Origin: an uncultured Pelagibacteraceae bacterium | Lineage (GTDB): Bacteria > Pseudomonadota > Alphaproteobacteria > Pelagibacterales > Pelagibacteraceae | DNA length: 64,000 bases | Reading direction: 5' to 3' | NCBI GenBank assembly: GCA_902591775.1 | Contig: CACJBW010000004.1 | Location: forward strand, 6,511-70,510 | Made by a program: the position numbers and the translations under genes | Notes under the pieces: generated by a model | Database searches by the model: none | What the model was told of the DNA's origin: nothing | What the model saw: only the letters and a program-made list of their open reading frames with translations | In this document: positions 49,598 through 59,018 of the stretch, piece after piece | Numbering within the stretch: position 1 is the first letter of the stretch | Layout: every line of letters starts with the position of its first letter

Positions 49598-50434
49598 ATG
49601 CATGCAGGAATAATTTTTTTATTAGTAATCATCGGATCTGTCTTATTTCATATTTTTACCCCTTGGTACTGGACTGATATAGCATCAAATTGGGGTGGAA
49701 TGGACGATACTATAACTCTTACTTTTTGGGTAGGTGGAGGAGTATTCGTAGCTGTTTGTCTATTTATGATTTACTGTGTTTTTAGATACTCACATAAAGA
49801 AGATAGAAGAGCAGAATATAAACCTGAGGATAAAAAATTAGAAAAAATTTTAACATGGGCAACAACCCTTGGAGTGTGTGCTTTACTTGCCCCTGGTCTT
49901 ATTATTTGGAATCAATATGTAAATGTTCCAAAGAATGCAATTGAAGTTGATGTGATGGCATGGCAATGGGGATGGCAATATAGACTACCTGGTGCAGATG
50001 GAAAATTAGGAACTACACAAGTAAGAAACATTGCAGACAATAATCCATTTGGCATTAACCCAGATGATCCGTTTGGAAGAGATGATATAATGGTTGAGAG
50101 CGATGTTATAAATTTAGAAAACAATAGACCTGTAAAAATTTTATTAAGATCAGTAGACGTACTTCATAATTGGTATGTTCCACAATTTAGAGCAAAAATG
50201 GATGCAGTTCCAGGAACAGTTACTTTCTATTGGTTTGAACCTAACAAAGTAGGTGAATACGAAGTGTTATGTGCTGAGTACTGTGGTGTTGGACACTACG
50301 CAATGAGAGGTGGTGTTGAGGTCCAAGATAAAGCTGAATATGAAGTTTGGCTAAGCGAGCAGGAGACTTTTGAGCAATTATCTGCCAGATATGAAAAATT
50401 AAACGTAGATGGGAACAAATTGGCCAAAAAATAA
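49598..50434 (+). CDS. Cytochrome c oxidase subunit II (CoxM-type)
   Basis: ASNWG..DDTI, QWGWQYR.PG.DG.LG, DVLH, CuA motif CAEYCGVGHYAM. Confidence 0.93.
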   Translation: MHAGIIFLLVIIGSVLFHIFTPWYWTDIASNWGGMDDTITLTFWVGGGVFVAVCLFMIYCVFRYSHKEDRRAEYKPEDKKLEKILTWATTLGVCALLAPGLIIWNQYVNVPKNAIEVDVMAWQWGWQYRLPGADGKLGTTQVRNIADNNPFGINPDDPFGRDDIMVESDVINLENNRPVKILLRSVDVLHNWYVPQFRAKMDAVPGTVTFYWFEPNKVGEYEVLCAEYCGVGHYAMRGGVEVQDKAEYEVWLSEQETFEQLSARYEKLNVDGNKLAKK

Positions 50435-50477
50435 CAATTTATTAATTTAAAAAAAAATATATATAGAGGATAAAAAT

Positions 50478-52316
50478 ATGTCAGACGAATACGATAACAA
50501 CAAATCATATCAAGCACAGTCATCAGAAGTAATGGATGGTTCAACTGGTTCTGTGAATCCAGATATAGATTATGTAAGACCAGCAGAAGTTGGTGAGCAA
50601 GATTTATATCATGGACATAGTTTTATTGAGAAATGGGTTTTTTGCCAGGATGCAAAAGTTATCGGAGTACAATATTTCTTAACTGCAGTATTTACTGGAA
50701 TTGTAGGTTTAATTTTATCTTGGTTGATGAGACTTCAATTAGGTTTTCCAGAATTAGCGGGTTTCATGACAGCAGAACATTATTATCAATTTGTAACTAT
50801 GCATGGAATGATCATGGTAGTTTACTTTTTAACTGCACTATTTCTCGGAGGCTTTGGAAATTATCTAATTCCACTCATGGTAGGAGCAAGAGATATGGTT
50901 TTCCCATATGTCAATATGCTTAGCTTCTGGATGTTCTTTGTTGCAGTTGCAGTTTTAATGGCAAGTTTCTTTGTTCCAGGTGGACCAACAGGAGCGGGAT
51001 GGACCTTGTATCCTCCACAAACTATTTTGGAGGGAACTCCAGGATCTGGCATGGGAATACTTCTAATGCTTATTTCTTTGTCTTTATTTGTAATTGGTTT
51101 CACAATGGGTGGACTGAATTATATGATTACAATTCTGCAAGCTAGAACTAGAGGAATGACTTTAATGAGAATGCCTTTAACAGTATGGGGTATATTCACA
51201 GCAACTGTACTAGCAATGTTAGCATTTCCAGCACTACTAGTTAGTGCAATAATGATGACATTAGATAAGGTTTTACAAACAAGTTTCTTTATGCCAACAA
51301 TATTAAAGGCAGGAGAGGTTCTTGAATATGGTGGAGGAAGCCCAATACTTTTCCAACACTTGTTTTGGTTCTTTGGACACCCTGAAGTTTACATTGTTGC
51401 ATTACCTGCATTTGGAATAGTTTCAGACCTGATATCAGTTCATGCAAGAAAAAACATATTTGGTTACAGAATGATGGTTTGGGCAATTGTTGGAATTGGA
51501 GGTTTAAGTTTCTTTGTATGGGCTCACCACATGTACGTTAGTGGAATGAACCCTTGGTTTGGATTTTTCTTTGCAACTACGACATTAATTATTGCCGTTC
51601 CAACCGCCATGAAAGTTTATAACTGGATACTTACTTTGTGGAGAGGAAATATTAGAATTAATACCGTGATGTTATGGTGTCTAGGCTTTATAGTAACATT
51701 TGTAAATGGTGGAATTACTGGAATATTTTTAGGAAATGTTTCTGTTGATGTTCCATTATCTGATACATATTTTGTAATAGCCCACTTCCATATGGTCATG
51801 GGTATTGCACCATTAATGGTTATTATGGGAGCAGTTTATCATTGGTTCCCATTAGTAGCTGGAAAAATGTTACACGAAGGTCTAGGAAAATGGCATTTCT
51901 GGATTACTTTCTTAGGAGCGTATTCAATATACTTCCCGATGCACTACTTAGGTTTTATTGGAGTTCCAAGAAGATATTTTGAAATGTATGATAGTCCGTA
52001 CATGACGTCTGCAGTTGGTATGAACGAATTTATAAGTATTGCAGCATTTATAGTTGGTGCAGCACAGTTTATTTTAGTTTTCAATATCATTAAAACATTA
52101 AAAACAGGTAAAAAAGCTGAACAAAACCCTTGGAAAGCAAATTCACTTGAATGGTATACATCTACTGTTCCACCAGAGCATGGTAACTTTGGGGAAAGAC
52201 TTCCAGTTGTTCACAGATGGCCATATGACTTTAGTGTTCCAGGAGCAAAGGATGACTTCATTCCACAAACAACAGCACCTAGTGAAGTAATACACACAGA
52301 AGTAGAGAAAACTTAA
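50478..52316 (+). CDS. Heme-copper oxidase subunit I, family A1 (CoxN-type)
   Basis: TMHGMIM, ARDMVFPYVN, FWFFGHPEVY, WAHHM, PTAMK, AHFHMV; N-terminal PAEV..LYH signature. Confidence 0.96.
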   Translation: MSDEYDNNKSYQAQSSEVMDGSTGSVNPDIDYVRPAEVGEQDLYHGHSFIEKWVFCQDAKVIGVQYFLTAVFTGIVGLILSWLMRLQLGFPELAGFMTAEHYYQFVTMHGMIMVVYFLTALFLGGFGNYLIPLMVGARDMVFPYVNMLSFWMFFVAVAVLMASFFVPGGPTGAGWTLYPPQTILEGTPGSGMGILLMLISLSLFVIGFTMGGLNYMITILQARTRGMTLMRMPLTVWGIFTATVLAMLAFPALLVSAIMMTLDKVLQTSFFMPTILKAGEVLEYGGGSPILFQHLFWFFGHPEVYIVALPAFGIVSDLISVHARKNIFGYRMMVWAIVGIGGLSFFVWAHHMYVSGMNPWFGFFFATTTLIIAVPTAMKVYNWILTLWRGNIRINTVMLWCLGFIVTFVNGGITGIFLGNVSVDVPLSDTYFVIAHFHMVMGIAPLMVIMGAVYHWFPLVAGKMLHEGLGKWHFWITFLGAYSIYFPMHYLGFIGVPRRYFEMYDSPYMTSAVGMNEFISIAAFIVGAAQFILVFNIIKTLKTGKKAEQNPWKANSLEWYTSTVPPEHGNFGERLPVVHRWPYDFSVPGAKDDFIPQTTAPSEVIHTEVEKT

Positions 52317-52326
52317 GAGAAAAATA

Positions 52327-53037
52327 ATGTCTGAACAAAAAATAGACGGCTTCGAACTTAAACCTGGGTTTAAGGGCATGGCTTCTGACACTGGTTCAGA
52401 CCAAACGATGTTTAAAGGTGTGCATTGGGGCAAAGCCATGATGTGGATCTTTTTATTGAGTGATACTTTTGTATTTAGCTGTTTTTTAATTTCTTATATG
52501 AAAGGTAGAGGATCAACCATTGTTGATTGGCCTAACACGAGTGAGGTTTTTTCTTTATATGTAGGAGGTGTACCTGTCCCACTTCTACTGATTGCGATAA
52601 TGACTTTTGTATTGATCACAAGTAGTGGAACAATGGCTTTAGCAGTTAAATATGGTTACGAAAAAAATCGTAAAATGTGTGGTTGGCTAATTCTAGCTAC
52701 TGCTGTAGGTGGTCTTACTTTTGTAGGAATGCAAGTGTTTGAGTGGTCTAAATTAATTCATGAAGGTGTTAGACCTTGGGGAAATCCTTTTGGTGCATCA
52801 CAGTTTGGATCTTTCTTTTTTATGATAACAGGTTTCCATGGTTTCCATGTCTCAATTGGGGTAATTTTCTTATTTATTTATACTTATAAAGTTTTCGCTG
52901 GTCATTATGAGAGTAAAAAAAGAGGCTGGTTTACTAAAATGAAAGGGGATTATGTTGAAATTGAAATATTAGGTCTTTACTGGCACTTCGTAGATCTAGT
53001 TTGGGTTTTCATTTTCGCATTTTTCTATTTGTGGTAA
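52327..53037 (+). CDS. Cytochrome c oxidase subunit III-like (CoxP-type)
   Basis: WGKAMMWIFLLSDTF, MTFVLITSSGTM, ITGFHGFHV, GLYWHFVDLVW. Confidence 0.92.
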   Translation: MSEQKIDGFELKPGFKGMASDTGSDQTMFKGVHWGKAMMWIFLLSDTFVFSCFLISYMKGRGSTIVDWPNTSEVFSLYVGGVPVPLLLIAIMTFVLITSSGTMALAVKYGYEKNRKMCGWLILATAVGGLTFVGMQVFEWSKLIHEGVRPWGNPFGASQFGSFFFMITGFHGFHVSIGVIFLFIYTYKVFAGHYESKKRGWFTKMKGDYVEIEILGLYWHFVDLVWVFIFAFFYLW

Positions 53038-53045
53038 AATAAAAT

Positions 53046-53405
53046 ATGGAAGAGACTAACAAAATTAACGAGAAAACTAAAAAAGACGAGCAAACAAGTA
53101 CTCAAAAGATAGGGATTTATCTTTGGATTTGGTTGTTATTATTTGTTCTAAGTTTTTTTTCGTACATGGTTGACTGGTACCAATTTCAAGGAATGTTGAG
53201 ATGGTCATTAATATTATTCTTTATGTTTTTAAAAGCAGGTTTAATTATGGCTTTTTTCATGCACTTATTTTGGGAAAGATACGCTTTAGTAAATGTTTTG
53301 TTATGGCCAATGACAGCAATTGCCTGTTTTATATTTTTAATGACTGCAGAATTTAAATATACACTGTTTTCAAGATTTTTTTATTTTGTAGTAGGGGGAG
53401 CTTAA
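53046..53405 (+). CDS. Prokaryotic cytochrome c oxidase subunit IV
   Basis: YLWIW.LLF.LS..SY.VD, KAGLI.AFFMHL.WE. Confidence 0.88.
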   Translation: MEETNKINEKTKKDEQTSTQKIGIYLWIWLLLFVLSFFSYMVDWYQFQGMLRWSLILFFMFLKAGLIMAFFMHLFWERYALVNVLLWPMTAIACFIFLMTAEFKYTLFSRFFYFVVGGA

Positions 53406-53406
53406 T

Positions 53407-53670
53407 ATGGACGCCTACGGATACTTAGCTTTTTTCTTAATTTTATTTGTTTTTTTTATTTATATTGTTTGGTTTGGTTATTCGGTAAAAGTTGAAAACC
53501 AAAAAGAACAAGGTGATAAAGTCACAATAAATCCTTACGATCAAATACCTTTAAGTAGAAGATTAATTGATAAGAAAAACAGTAAAGTAGGTATATTCGA
53601 TCTTGGGAATCATATTTTAATAGCAGGCGTTATATTACTTGTAATATTTGTTTCACTGAATGTCGAGTAA
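53407..53670 (+). CDS. Small two-TM hypothetical protein in the cox operon
   Basis: Starts 2 bp after the subunit IV stop and ends just before ctaB; SD-like GGGGGAG upstream. Confidence 0.65.
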   Translation: MDAYGYLAFFLILFVFFIYIVWFGYSVKVENQKEQGDKVTINPYDQIPLSRRLIDKKNSKVGIFDLGNHILIAGVILLVIFVSLNVE

Positions 53671-53672
53671 CA

Positions 53673-54587
53673 GTGACTACAAATACAATTAAAAAAAAAT
53701 CAGCTTATATTAGCCCTATTTCTTATTTAAAATATTTATTATTGTTGATGAAACCAAGAGTAATGTCTTTGGTCATCTTTACTTGTGCTGTTGGATTATT
53801 AACAGCCCCAGTTTCAGTTTCATTTCTTAATTCAATAGTTGCGATATTTTTTGTGACAATGGGTGCGGGTGCAGCTGGTGCCTTAAATATGTGGTACGAA
53901 GCAGACCTTGATAAATTAATGACCAGAACATGTTTAAGACCAATTCCTACTGGAAAGGTGAACAGGGAGCACGCTTTATTATTTGGAACAGTATTATCTA
54001 TAGTATCTGTAGTTGGTCTTTATTATTTTTCAAATTTAACATCAGCTATACTGTTATCTATAACAATAGCATTTTATGTCTTTGTTTATACGATTTGGTT
54101 AAAAAGAAAAACTCCACAAAATATTGTTATTGGAGGCGCATCAGGCGCACTGCCACCAGTTATAGGTTGGACTATAGCTACTAACTCATTAACAATAGAA
54201 CCGATAACATTTTTCTTAATCATATTCTTTTGGACCCCATCTCATTTTTGGGCATTGAGCCTTTATAAAGCAGACGACTATCAGAAAGCTAAAATTCCTA
54301 TGTTACCTATTACTAATGGTATTGAGGAAACTAAGAAAAATATATTTGTTTATTCTTTAATAATGTTACCAGTAGTTATTTTGCCTTATTATATTGGTTT
54401 TGCAGGCGAAACATTCTTAATAGTTTCATTATTACTTACCTTTTATTACAACTATGTTTGTTATGATCTTCTTAAGTTCAAAAAAAACAAATTTGAAATA
54501 AAGAAGGCTAAAAAGGTATTTTCTTACTCAATTTTTTACTTATTTTTGCTTTTTGTCTTATTTTTGGTAGACCAGATCATAAAATAA
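53673..54587 (+). CDS. ctaB: Protoheme IX farnesyltransferase (heme O synthase)
   Basis: LMKPRVMSLV, NMWYEAD.D..M.RT..RPIP.G, LKR.TPQNIVIGG..GA.PP, WTPSHFW. Confidence 0.96.
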   Translation: MTTNTIKKKSAYISPISYLKYLLLLMKPRVMSLVIFTCAVGLLTAPVSVSFLNSIVAIFFVTMGAGAAGALNMWYEADLDKLMTRTCLRPIPTGKVNREHALLFGTVLSIVSVVGLYYFSNLTSAILLSITIAFYVFVYTIWLKRKTPQNIVIGGASGALPPVIGWTIATNSLTIEPITFFLIIFFWTPSHFWALSLYKADDYQKAKIPMLPITNGIEETKKNIFVYSLIMLPVVILPYYIGFAGETFLIVSLLLTFYYNYVCYDLLKFKKNKFEIKKAKKVFSYSIFYLFLLFVLFLVDQIIK

Positions 54588-54629
54588 ATAATCCTACTTT
54601 ATTTTATAAGAAAATGGTAAAAAAAATTC

Positions 54630-56000
54630 ATGAGATACGTAAGTACAAGAGATAATTCAAAAGAATATAGTTTTGAAAATGTTTTCATCAAAGGTTTAGC
54701 TGATGATGGGGGACTTTATGTACCTACATCTTTAAAAAAATTTTCCTCAGAAGAACTATCTGATCTTAAAAGGCTAAATTATAATGATTTATCAACTAAA
54801 ATAATAAATCAATTTTCATCAGACTTTATTTCAAAAGATCATCTTTCATCGTTAATTAAAAAATCCTATTCAACTTTTAGAGAAAAAGAAGTTGTTAAAA
54901 TTTCAAATATTGGTGATCTTAAATTATTAGAGTTATATCATGGTCCAACATTAGCATTTAAAGATATTGCAATGCAGTTCATTGGAAATTTGTACGAATA
55001 TTATTTAAGTAAAAATGATAAAAAAATTAATATTGTTGTTGCAACTTCGGGTGATACAGGAGCTGCCGCTATAGATGCAATTAGAGGCAAATCAAACTTA
55101 AATATTTTTGTCTTACATCCTAATAATAGAATTTCACCAGTGCAAAGAAAGTTAATGACAACAGTTGAGGATAAAAACGTTTTCAATATTGCAATTGACG
55201 GAAATTTTGATGATTGTCAAAATATTGTTAAGCAAATGTTTTCGGATTTAGATTTTTCTAAATCAATAAATATGTCAGGGGTTAATTCTATTAATTGGGC
55301 TAGAATAATTGCACAAGCTGTTTATTATTTTTATACTTATTTCAAACTTGATAGTAATAAACCTATATCTTTTTCAGTCCCCACAGGAAACTTTGGAGAT
55401 GTTTTTGCAGGATATCTTGCAAAACAAATGGGATTACCAATAGATAAACTTATTGTTGCGACTAATGAAAATGATATTTTGCATAGAGCAATCTCAAATG
55501 GTGATTATGTTTCTAAAAAAGTAAAAGAAACGTCTTCTCCAAGTATGGATATCCAATTAGCAAGCAATTTTGAGAGATTAATTTATTATGTGAATAGTTC
55601 TAATTCTGAAATTACTTCAAATATAATGAAAAAAGTTAAGAATAATGAATATAGAATAGAAAAATCAAATCTGGATATTATTCAAAAAGATTTTTTTTCA
55701 GAAAGTTGCGACGACGTTGAAACTTTAAAAATTATTAAAGAAAATTTTGAGAAAAATAATATCATATTAGATCCCCACACTGCAGTTGGAGTAGGGGCTG
55801 CAAATAAGCTTAATTTAAATGATTGTGTAGTTTTATCCACTGCTCATCCATCCAAATTTCCGGCTGCCACAGATAAAGCTATAAATAATCATGAAGAACT
55901 ACCTAAAGAGCTTCAATATGTTCATAGTAAAGAGGAAAATTTTCAAATATTAAAAAATGATACTGAAGAAGTAAAAAATTTCGTTAAAAGTAAATTATGA
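54630..56000 (+). CDS. thrC: Threonine synthase
   Basis: MRYVSTR, GLA.DGGLY, HGPTLAFKD, ATSGDTG, NSINWAR, TAHP.KF. Confidence 0.97.
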   Translation: MRYVSTRDNSKEYSFENVFIKGLADDGGLYVPTSLKKFSSEELSDLKRLNYNDLSTKIINQFSSDFISKDHLSSLIKKSYSTFREKEVVKISNIGDLKLLELYHGPTLAFKDIAMQFIGNLYEYYLSKNDKKINIVVATSGDTGAAAIDAIRGKSNLNIFVLHPNNRISPVQRKLMTTVEDKNVFNIAIDGNFDDCQNIVKQMFSDLDFSKSINMSGVNSINWARIIAQAVYYFYTYFKLDSNKPISFSVPTGNFGDVFAGYLAKQMGLPIDKLIVATNENDILHRAISNGDYVSKKVKETSSPSMDIQLASNFERLIYYVNSSNSEITSNIMKKVKNNEYRIEKSNLDIIQKDFFSESCDDVETLKIIKENFEKNNIILDPHTAVGVGAANKLNLNDCVVLSTAHPSKFPAATDKAINNHEELPKELQYVHSKEENFQILKNDTEEVKNFVKSKL

Positions 56001-56482
56001 AACTAAAAGTCAATGATCAAATCCCAGATATAAAAATCTTTCATTTAGTTGATGGTGCACCCAAGGAACAAAATATCTCTGAGGTATTAGGATCAAAAAA
56101 AATTGTATTATTTGGATTACCAGGTGCATTTACCGCGACGTGCTCTAAATTTCATTTACCGGGTTATGTTAAAAATGCTCAACAAATCTTAGATAAAGGT
56201 ATTGATAAAATATTTTGCTTAGCTGTTAATGACCCTTATGTAATGAATGCTTGGGGTGAGGAGAATAATATAGGAGAAAATATAACTATGTTAGCTGATC
56301 CTTATTTAACATTTACTAAGCTAATAGGTGCAGAAGTTGACAGAAACTCAAAAGGTATGGGTATGAGATCAAGCCGTTATGCAATGGTTATAGAAAATCT
56401 CCAAGTTCAAAATATTCAAGAAGAAGAAGAAACTAAAAATTGTGGAATATCTTCAGCAGAGGGAATTTTAGATATTATTTAG
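55997..56482 (+). CDS. Peroxiredoxin (Prx5/type II)
   Basis: PGAFTATCS..H.PG, VNDPYVM.AW, RSSRYAM. Confidence 0.93.
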   Translation: MKLKVNDQIPDIKIFHLVDGAPKEQNISEVLGSKKIVLFGLPGAFTATCSKFHLPGYVKNAQQILDKGIDKIFCLAVNDPYVMNAWGEENNIGENITMLADPYLTFTKLIGAEVDRNSKGMGMRSSRYAMVIENLQVQNIQEEEETKNCGISSAEGILDII

Positions 56483-56487
56483 CAAGA

Positions 56488-56511
56488 AGGGACGTTCTGT
56501 TGCCAGGTGCC
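56488..56511 (-). other. GC-rich hairpin motif GGCACCTGGCAACAGAACGTCCC in the prx/rnhA convergent spacer
   Basis: CTG-GCAA-CAG GNRA hairpin; the 32-bp spacer is 18/32 GC in an AT-rich genome. Confidence 0.45.
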
Positions 56512-56514
56512 TAG

Positions 56515-56937
56515 TTAGGAGTTTGCAGCTTCTCTAGCAATTAAATCTACCTCATTGTTTAAAACATCTGTAGAGTGGCCTTTGACCCAACTCCATTTTA
56601 TTTGAAATTCATTAGTCATTTGATCTAATTCAGTCCAGAGATCTTTATTTTTAACAGGTTGTTTACTAGCTGTTTTCCATCCATTTTTTTTCCAATTATG
56701 TATCCATTCAGTTATTCCTGATTTCACATATTTAGAGTCTGTGAAAATCTGAACATTGCTTCCTTTAGGAATTTTTTTAAGGGCTTTTATTGGAGCAAGT
56801 AATTCCATTTGATTATTAGTGGTATTTTTTTTGTTACCTTTTATACGGGTTTTTTTTTCATCTTCTATAATGATTGCAGCCCACCCACCATTTCCTGGAT
56901 TTCCCAAACATGACCCATCAGTATAAATCCTTATCAT
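56515..56937 (-). CDS. rnhA: Ribonuclease HI
   Basis: IYTDGSCLGNPG.GGW, TTNNQMEL, TDS.YV, WVKGH, NNEVD. Confidence 0.97.
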   Translation of the reverse strand: MIRIYTDGSCLGNPGNGGWAAIIIEDEKKTRIKGNKKNTTNNQMELLAPIKALKKIPKGSNVQIFTDSKYVKSGITEWIHNWKKNGWKTASKQPVKNKDLWTELDQMTNEFQIKWSWVKGHSTDVLNNEVDLIAREAANS

Positions 56938-57902
56938 TAGGAATAGTCCTTAAAAGAATTTAGTTTTCTATGAAAATTTAATTTATCCAAATATTCTTTA
57001 GGATCTTTAATTTTAATTAATGCTTTTTTTGGGGTATTTAAATAATCATATGATCTTGTGAGAAGATATCTTAAAGCTGAACCTCTACATAAAGTATTGA
57101 AATTACTCTTTTCTTTATAATTCAATTTTCGGATAGATTGGTAACCTTTTAATAATTGAGAAGATTTACTTTTATCTAAAATAAAAATTTTATTTCTTTT
57201 TTTAAAACATAATGCATTCACGCATGTAGCTAATTCATAAGCTAAAAAATCATTTGCAGAAAAATAAAAATCAATGAAACCATAATATTTTTTCTTATAG
57301 AAAAAAATATTATCAATAAACAGATCGCTGTGTATTATTCCATTTGGCATACTTTTTGGCCATTTTTTCTTGATATCGACCAAGTCGGTTCGCATAGTAT
57401 TTATTAAATTACTTGAAAGCTTATTAATTCTTTTATCTATTCTATTCAATAAAGGTCCCCACGAATTTACCGATAATGAATTTTTTCTAAATAATCTTAA
57501 TTTTTTTGCAGCCAAATGTAATAGAGCTGCATTTTTTCCAACTTGAAAACAGTCTTTATTTGTTAGTTGATTTTTATCTTTTCCCTCTAAAAAACTTACC
57601 AAACATGCAGTTTTACTTTTAATTTTAAATAAATATTTCCCTTTTTTATTCTTTATTGGCTCTGGACATTTGATTCTATTTTTAGATAAACCAAACATAA
57701 GGTCCATAAAAAAAGGTAAATCTTTTTTTTGAACTCTTTTTTCAAATATAGTCAGTATTATTTTTCTTTTATTTGTTTTTATTGAGTAATTAGTATTTTC
57801 AATTCCTTTTTTTATGCCTGAAAAAGATACAATTTTACCAATATTAAAGTTTTTCTCGATCAAGTTTAAATCGCTCTCATTAATTCTAGTATATACGGCC
57901 AT
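56937..57902 (-). CDS. thrB: Homoserine kinase, type II (APH-like)
   Basis: MAVYT, GIENTNY, LTIFE, GIIHSDLF.DN, IDFYF, LRYLLTR..D. Confidence 0.92.
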   Translation of the reverse strand: MAVYTRINESDLNLIEKNFNIGKIVSFSGIKKGIENTNYSIKTNKRKIILTIFEKRVQKKDLPFFMDLMFGLSKNRIKCPEPIKNKKGKYLFKIKSKTACLVSFLEGKDKNQLTNKDCFQVGKNAALLHLAAKKLRLFRKNSLSVNSWGPLLNRIDKRINKLSSNLINTMRTDLVDIKKKWPKSMPNGIIHSDLFIDNIFFYKKKYYGFIDFYFSANDFLAYELATCVNALCFKKRNKIFILDKSKSSQLLKGYQSIRKLNYKEKSNFNTLCRGSALRYLLTRSYDYLNTPKKALIKIKDPKEYLDKLNFHRKLNSFKDYS

Positions 57903-58846
57903 TAATTTAATTTTCCTGGGATTTTAAATGTTACATCTTCTTTGACTATTTCAACTTCCTCTATTTCCACAGTAAATTTTTTTTTGATATTTTCTATGAA
58001 TTCATTAACTAATACTTCAGGAGCTGAGGCACCAGATGAAATACCTATTGTTTTGCATTTAGATATTTTTTCAAGTGGAAAGCTGCTTTCAGAATGAATT
58101 AATTCAGCATTTTCACATCCATTATTTTGAGCTACTTCCACTAATCTAACTGAGTTAGAAGAATTCCTACTTCCAATTACAAAAAGATTATCACAGTCTT
58201 TTGCAATTTTTTTGACTGCTGCTTGTCTATTTGTTGTTGCGTAACAAATATCATCTTTTTTTGGCTCGTGAATATCAGGAAAGCGTTCTTTTAAAACATT
58301 TATAATATCTTTAGTATCATCAACCGACAATGTTGTTTGTGTAATATAAGCTAGTTTATCGTTTTCACCTCTTTGATAATTTTTTGCGTCATCTATAGTT
58401 TCTATAAGATCAATCTTTCCACTAGCTACTTGGCCCATTGTGCCAATTACTTCTGGATGGTTTTTATGACCTATGAGCAAAACTTGAACATCTTTTTTAT
58501 TTAAATTTTCTGCTTCTCTGTGAACTTTAGATACCAATGGACATGTCGCATCAACAAAAATCATGTTTAAACTTTCTGCTTTTTGAGGAACAGATTTTGG
58601 TACACCGTGAGCTGAAAAGATAACAGGCCTTGTTTTATCTTCAATTTCATCAATTTCCTCAACAAATATTGCACCAATTTTTTTTAAGCCATCTACTACG
58701 TGCTTGTTATGAACTATTTCATGTCTTACATATACAGGAGCACCATATTTTTCTATGCTTTTCTTCACAATTTCAATTGCTCTGTCAACACCGGCACAAA
58801 ATCCTCTCGGAGCTGCTAAAAGTATTTTTATATGATTATTTTTCAC
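57902..58846 (-). CDS. ispH: 4-hydroxy-3-methylbut-2-enyl diphosphate reductase
   Basis: PRGFCAGV, HEIVHN, SAHGV, DATCPLV, DICYATTNRQ, SGASAP. Confidence 0.97.
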   Translation of the reverse strand: MKNNHIKILLAAPRGFCAGVDRAIEIVKKSIEKYGAPVYVRHEIVHNKHVVDGLKKIGAIFVEEIDEIEDKTRPVIFSAHGVPKSVPQKAESLNMIFVDATCPLVSKVHREAENLNKKDVQVLLIGHKNHPEVIGTMGQVASGKIDLIETIDDAKNYQRGENDKLAYITQTTLSVDDTKDIINVLKERFPDIHEPKKDDICYATTNRQAAVKKIAKDCDNLFVIGSRNSSNSVRLVEVAQNNGCENAELIHSESSFPLEKISKCKTIGISSGASAPEVLVNEFIENIKKKFTVEIEEVEIVKEDVTFKIPGKLN

Positions 58847-59018
58847 TCTCGTGCTTTCTAAAAAAAGGGATTAAAAAAACAATACACGCAACTAGAAAGA
58901 AAAGACTTCCAAACATAGCCCAAAAACTTCCTACACTTGATATGATAAAACCTAATGCAGAAATAATGAATAAAATCCAACCAATTAAATTAATATTTTT
59001 ATTGCTCATTTTTCTCAA
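58836..59018 (-). CDS. Small two-TM membrane protein linking blh and ispH
   Basis: GWILFIISALGF...GSLFFLVACIVFL; overlaps both neighbours, suggesting translational coupling. Confidence 0.65.
   Translation of the reverse strand: MRKMSNKNINLIGWILFIISALGFIISSVGSFWAMFGSLFFLVACIVFLIPFFRKHESEK

Noticed and set aside
49598-53037. Recently acquired island inferred from the apparently higher GC of the cox genes
   Set aside because: By eye the shift resembles that of highly expressed native genes (groEL, aceA, the BMP gene). No integrase, tRNA, att repeats or transposase flank the cluster.
56483-56514. Full tmRNA or tRNA gene
   Set aside because: The spacer is only 32 bp, with no acceptor stem, T-arm or tag reading frame.
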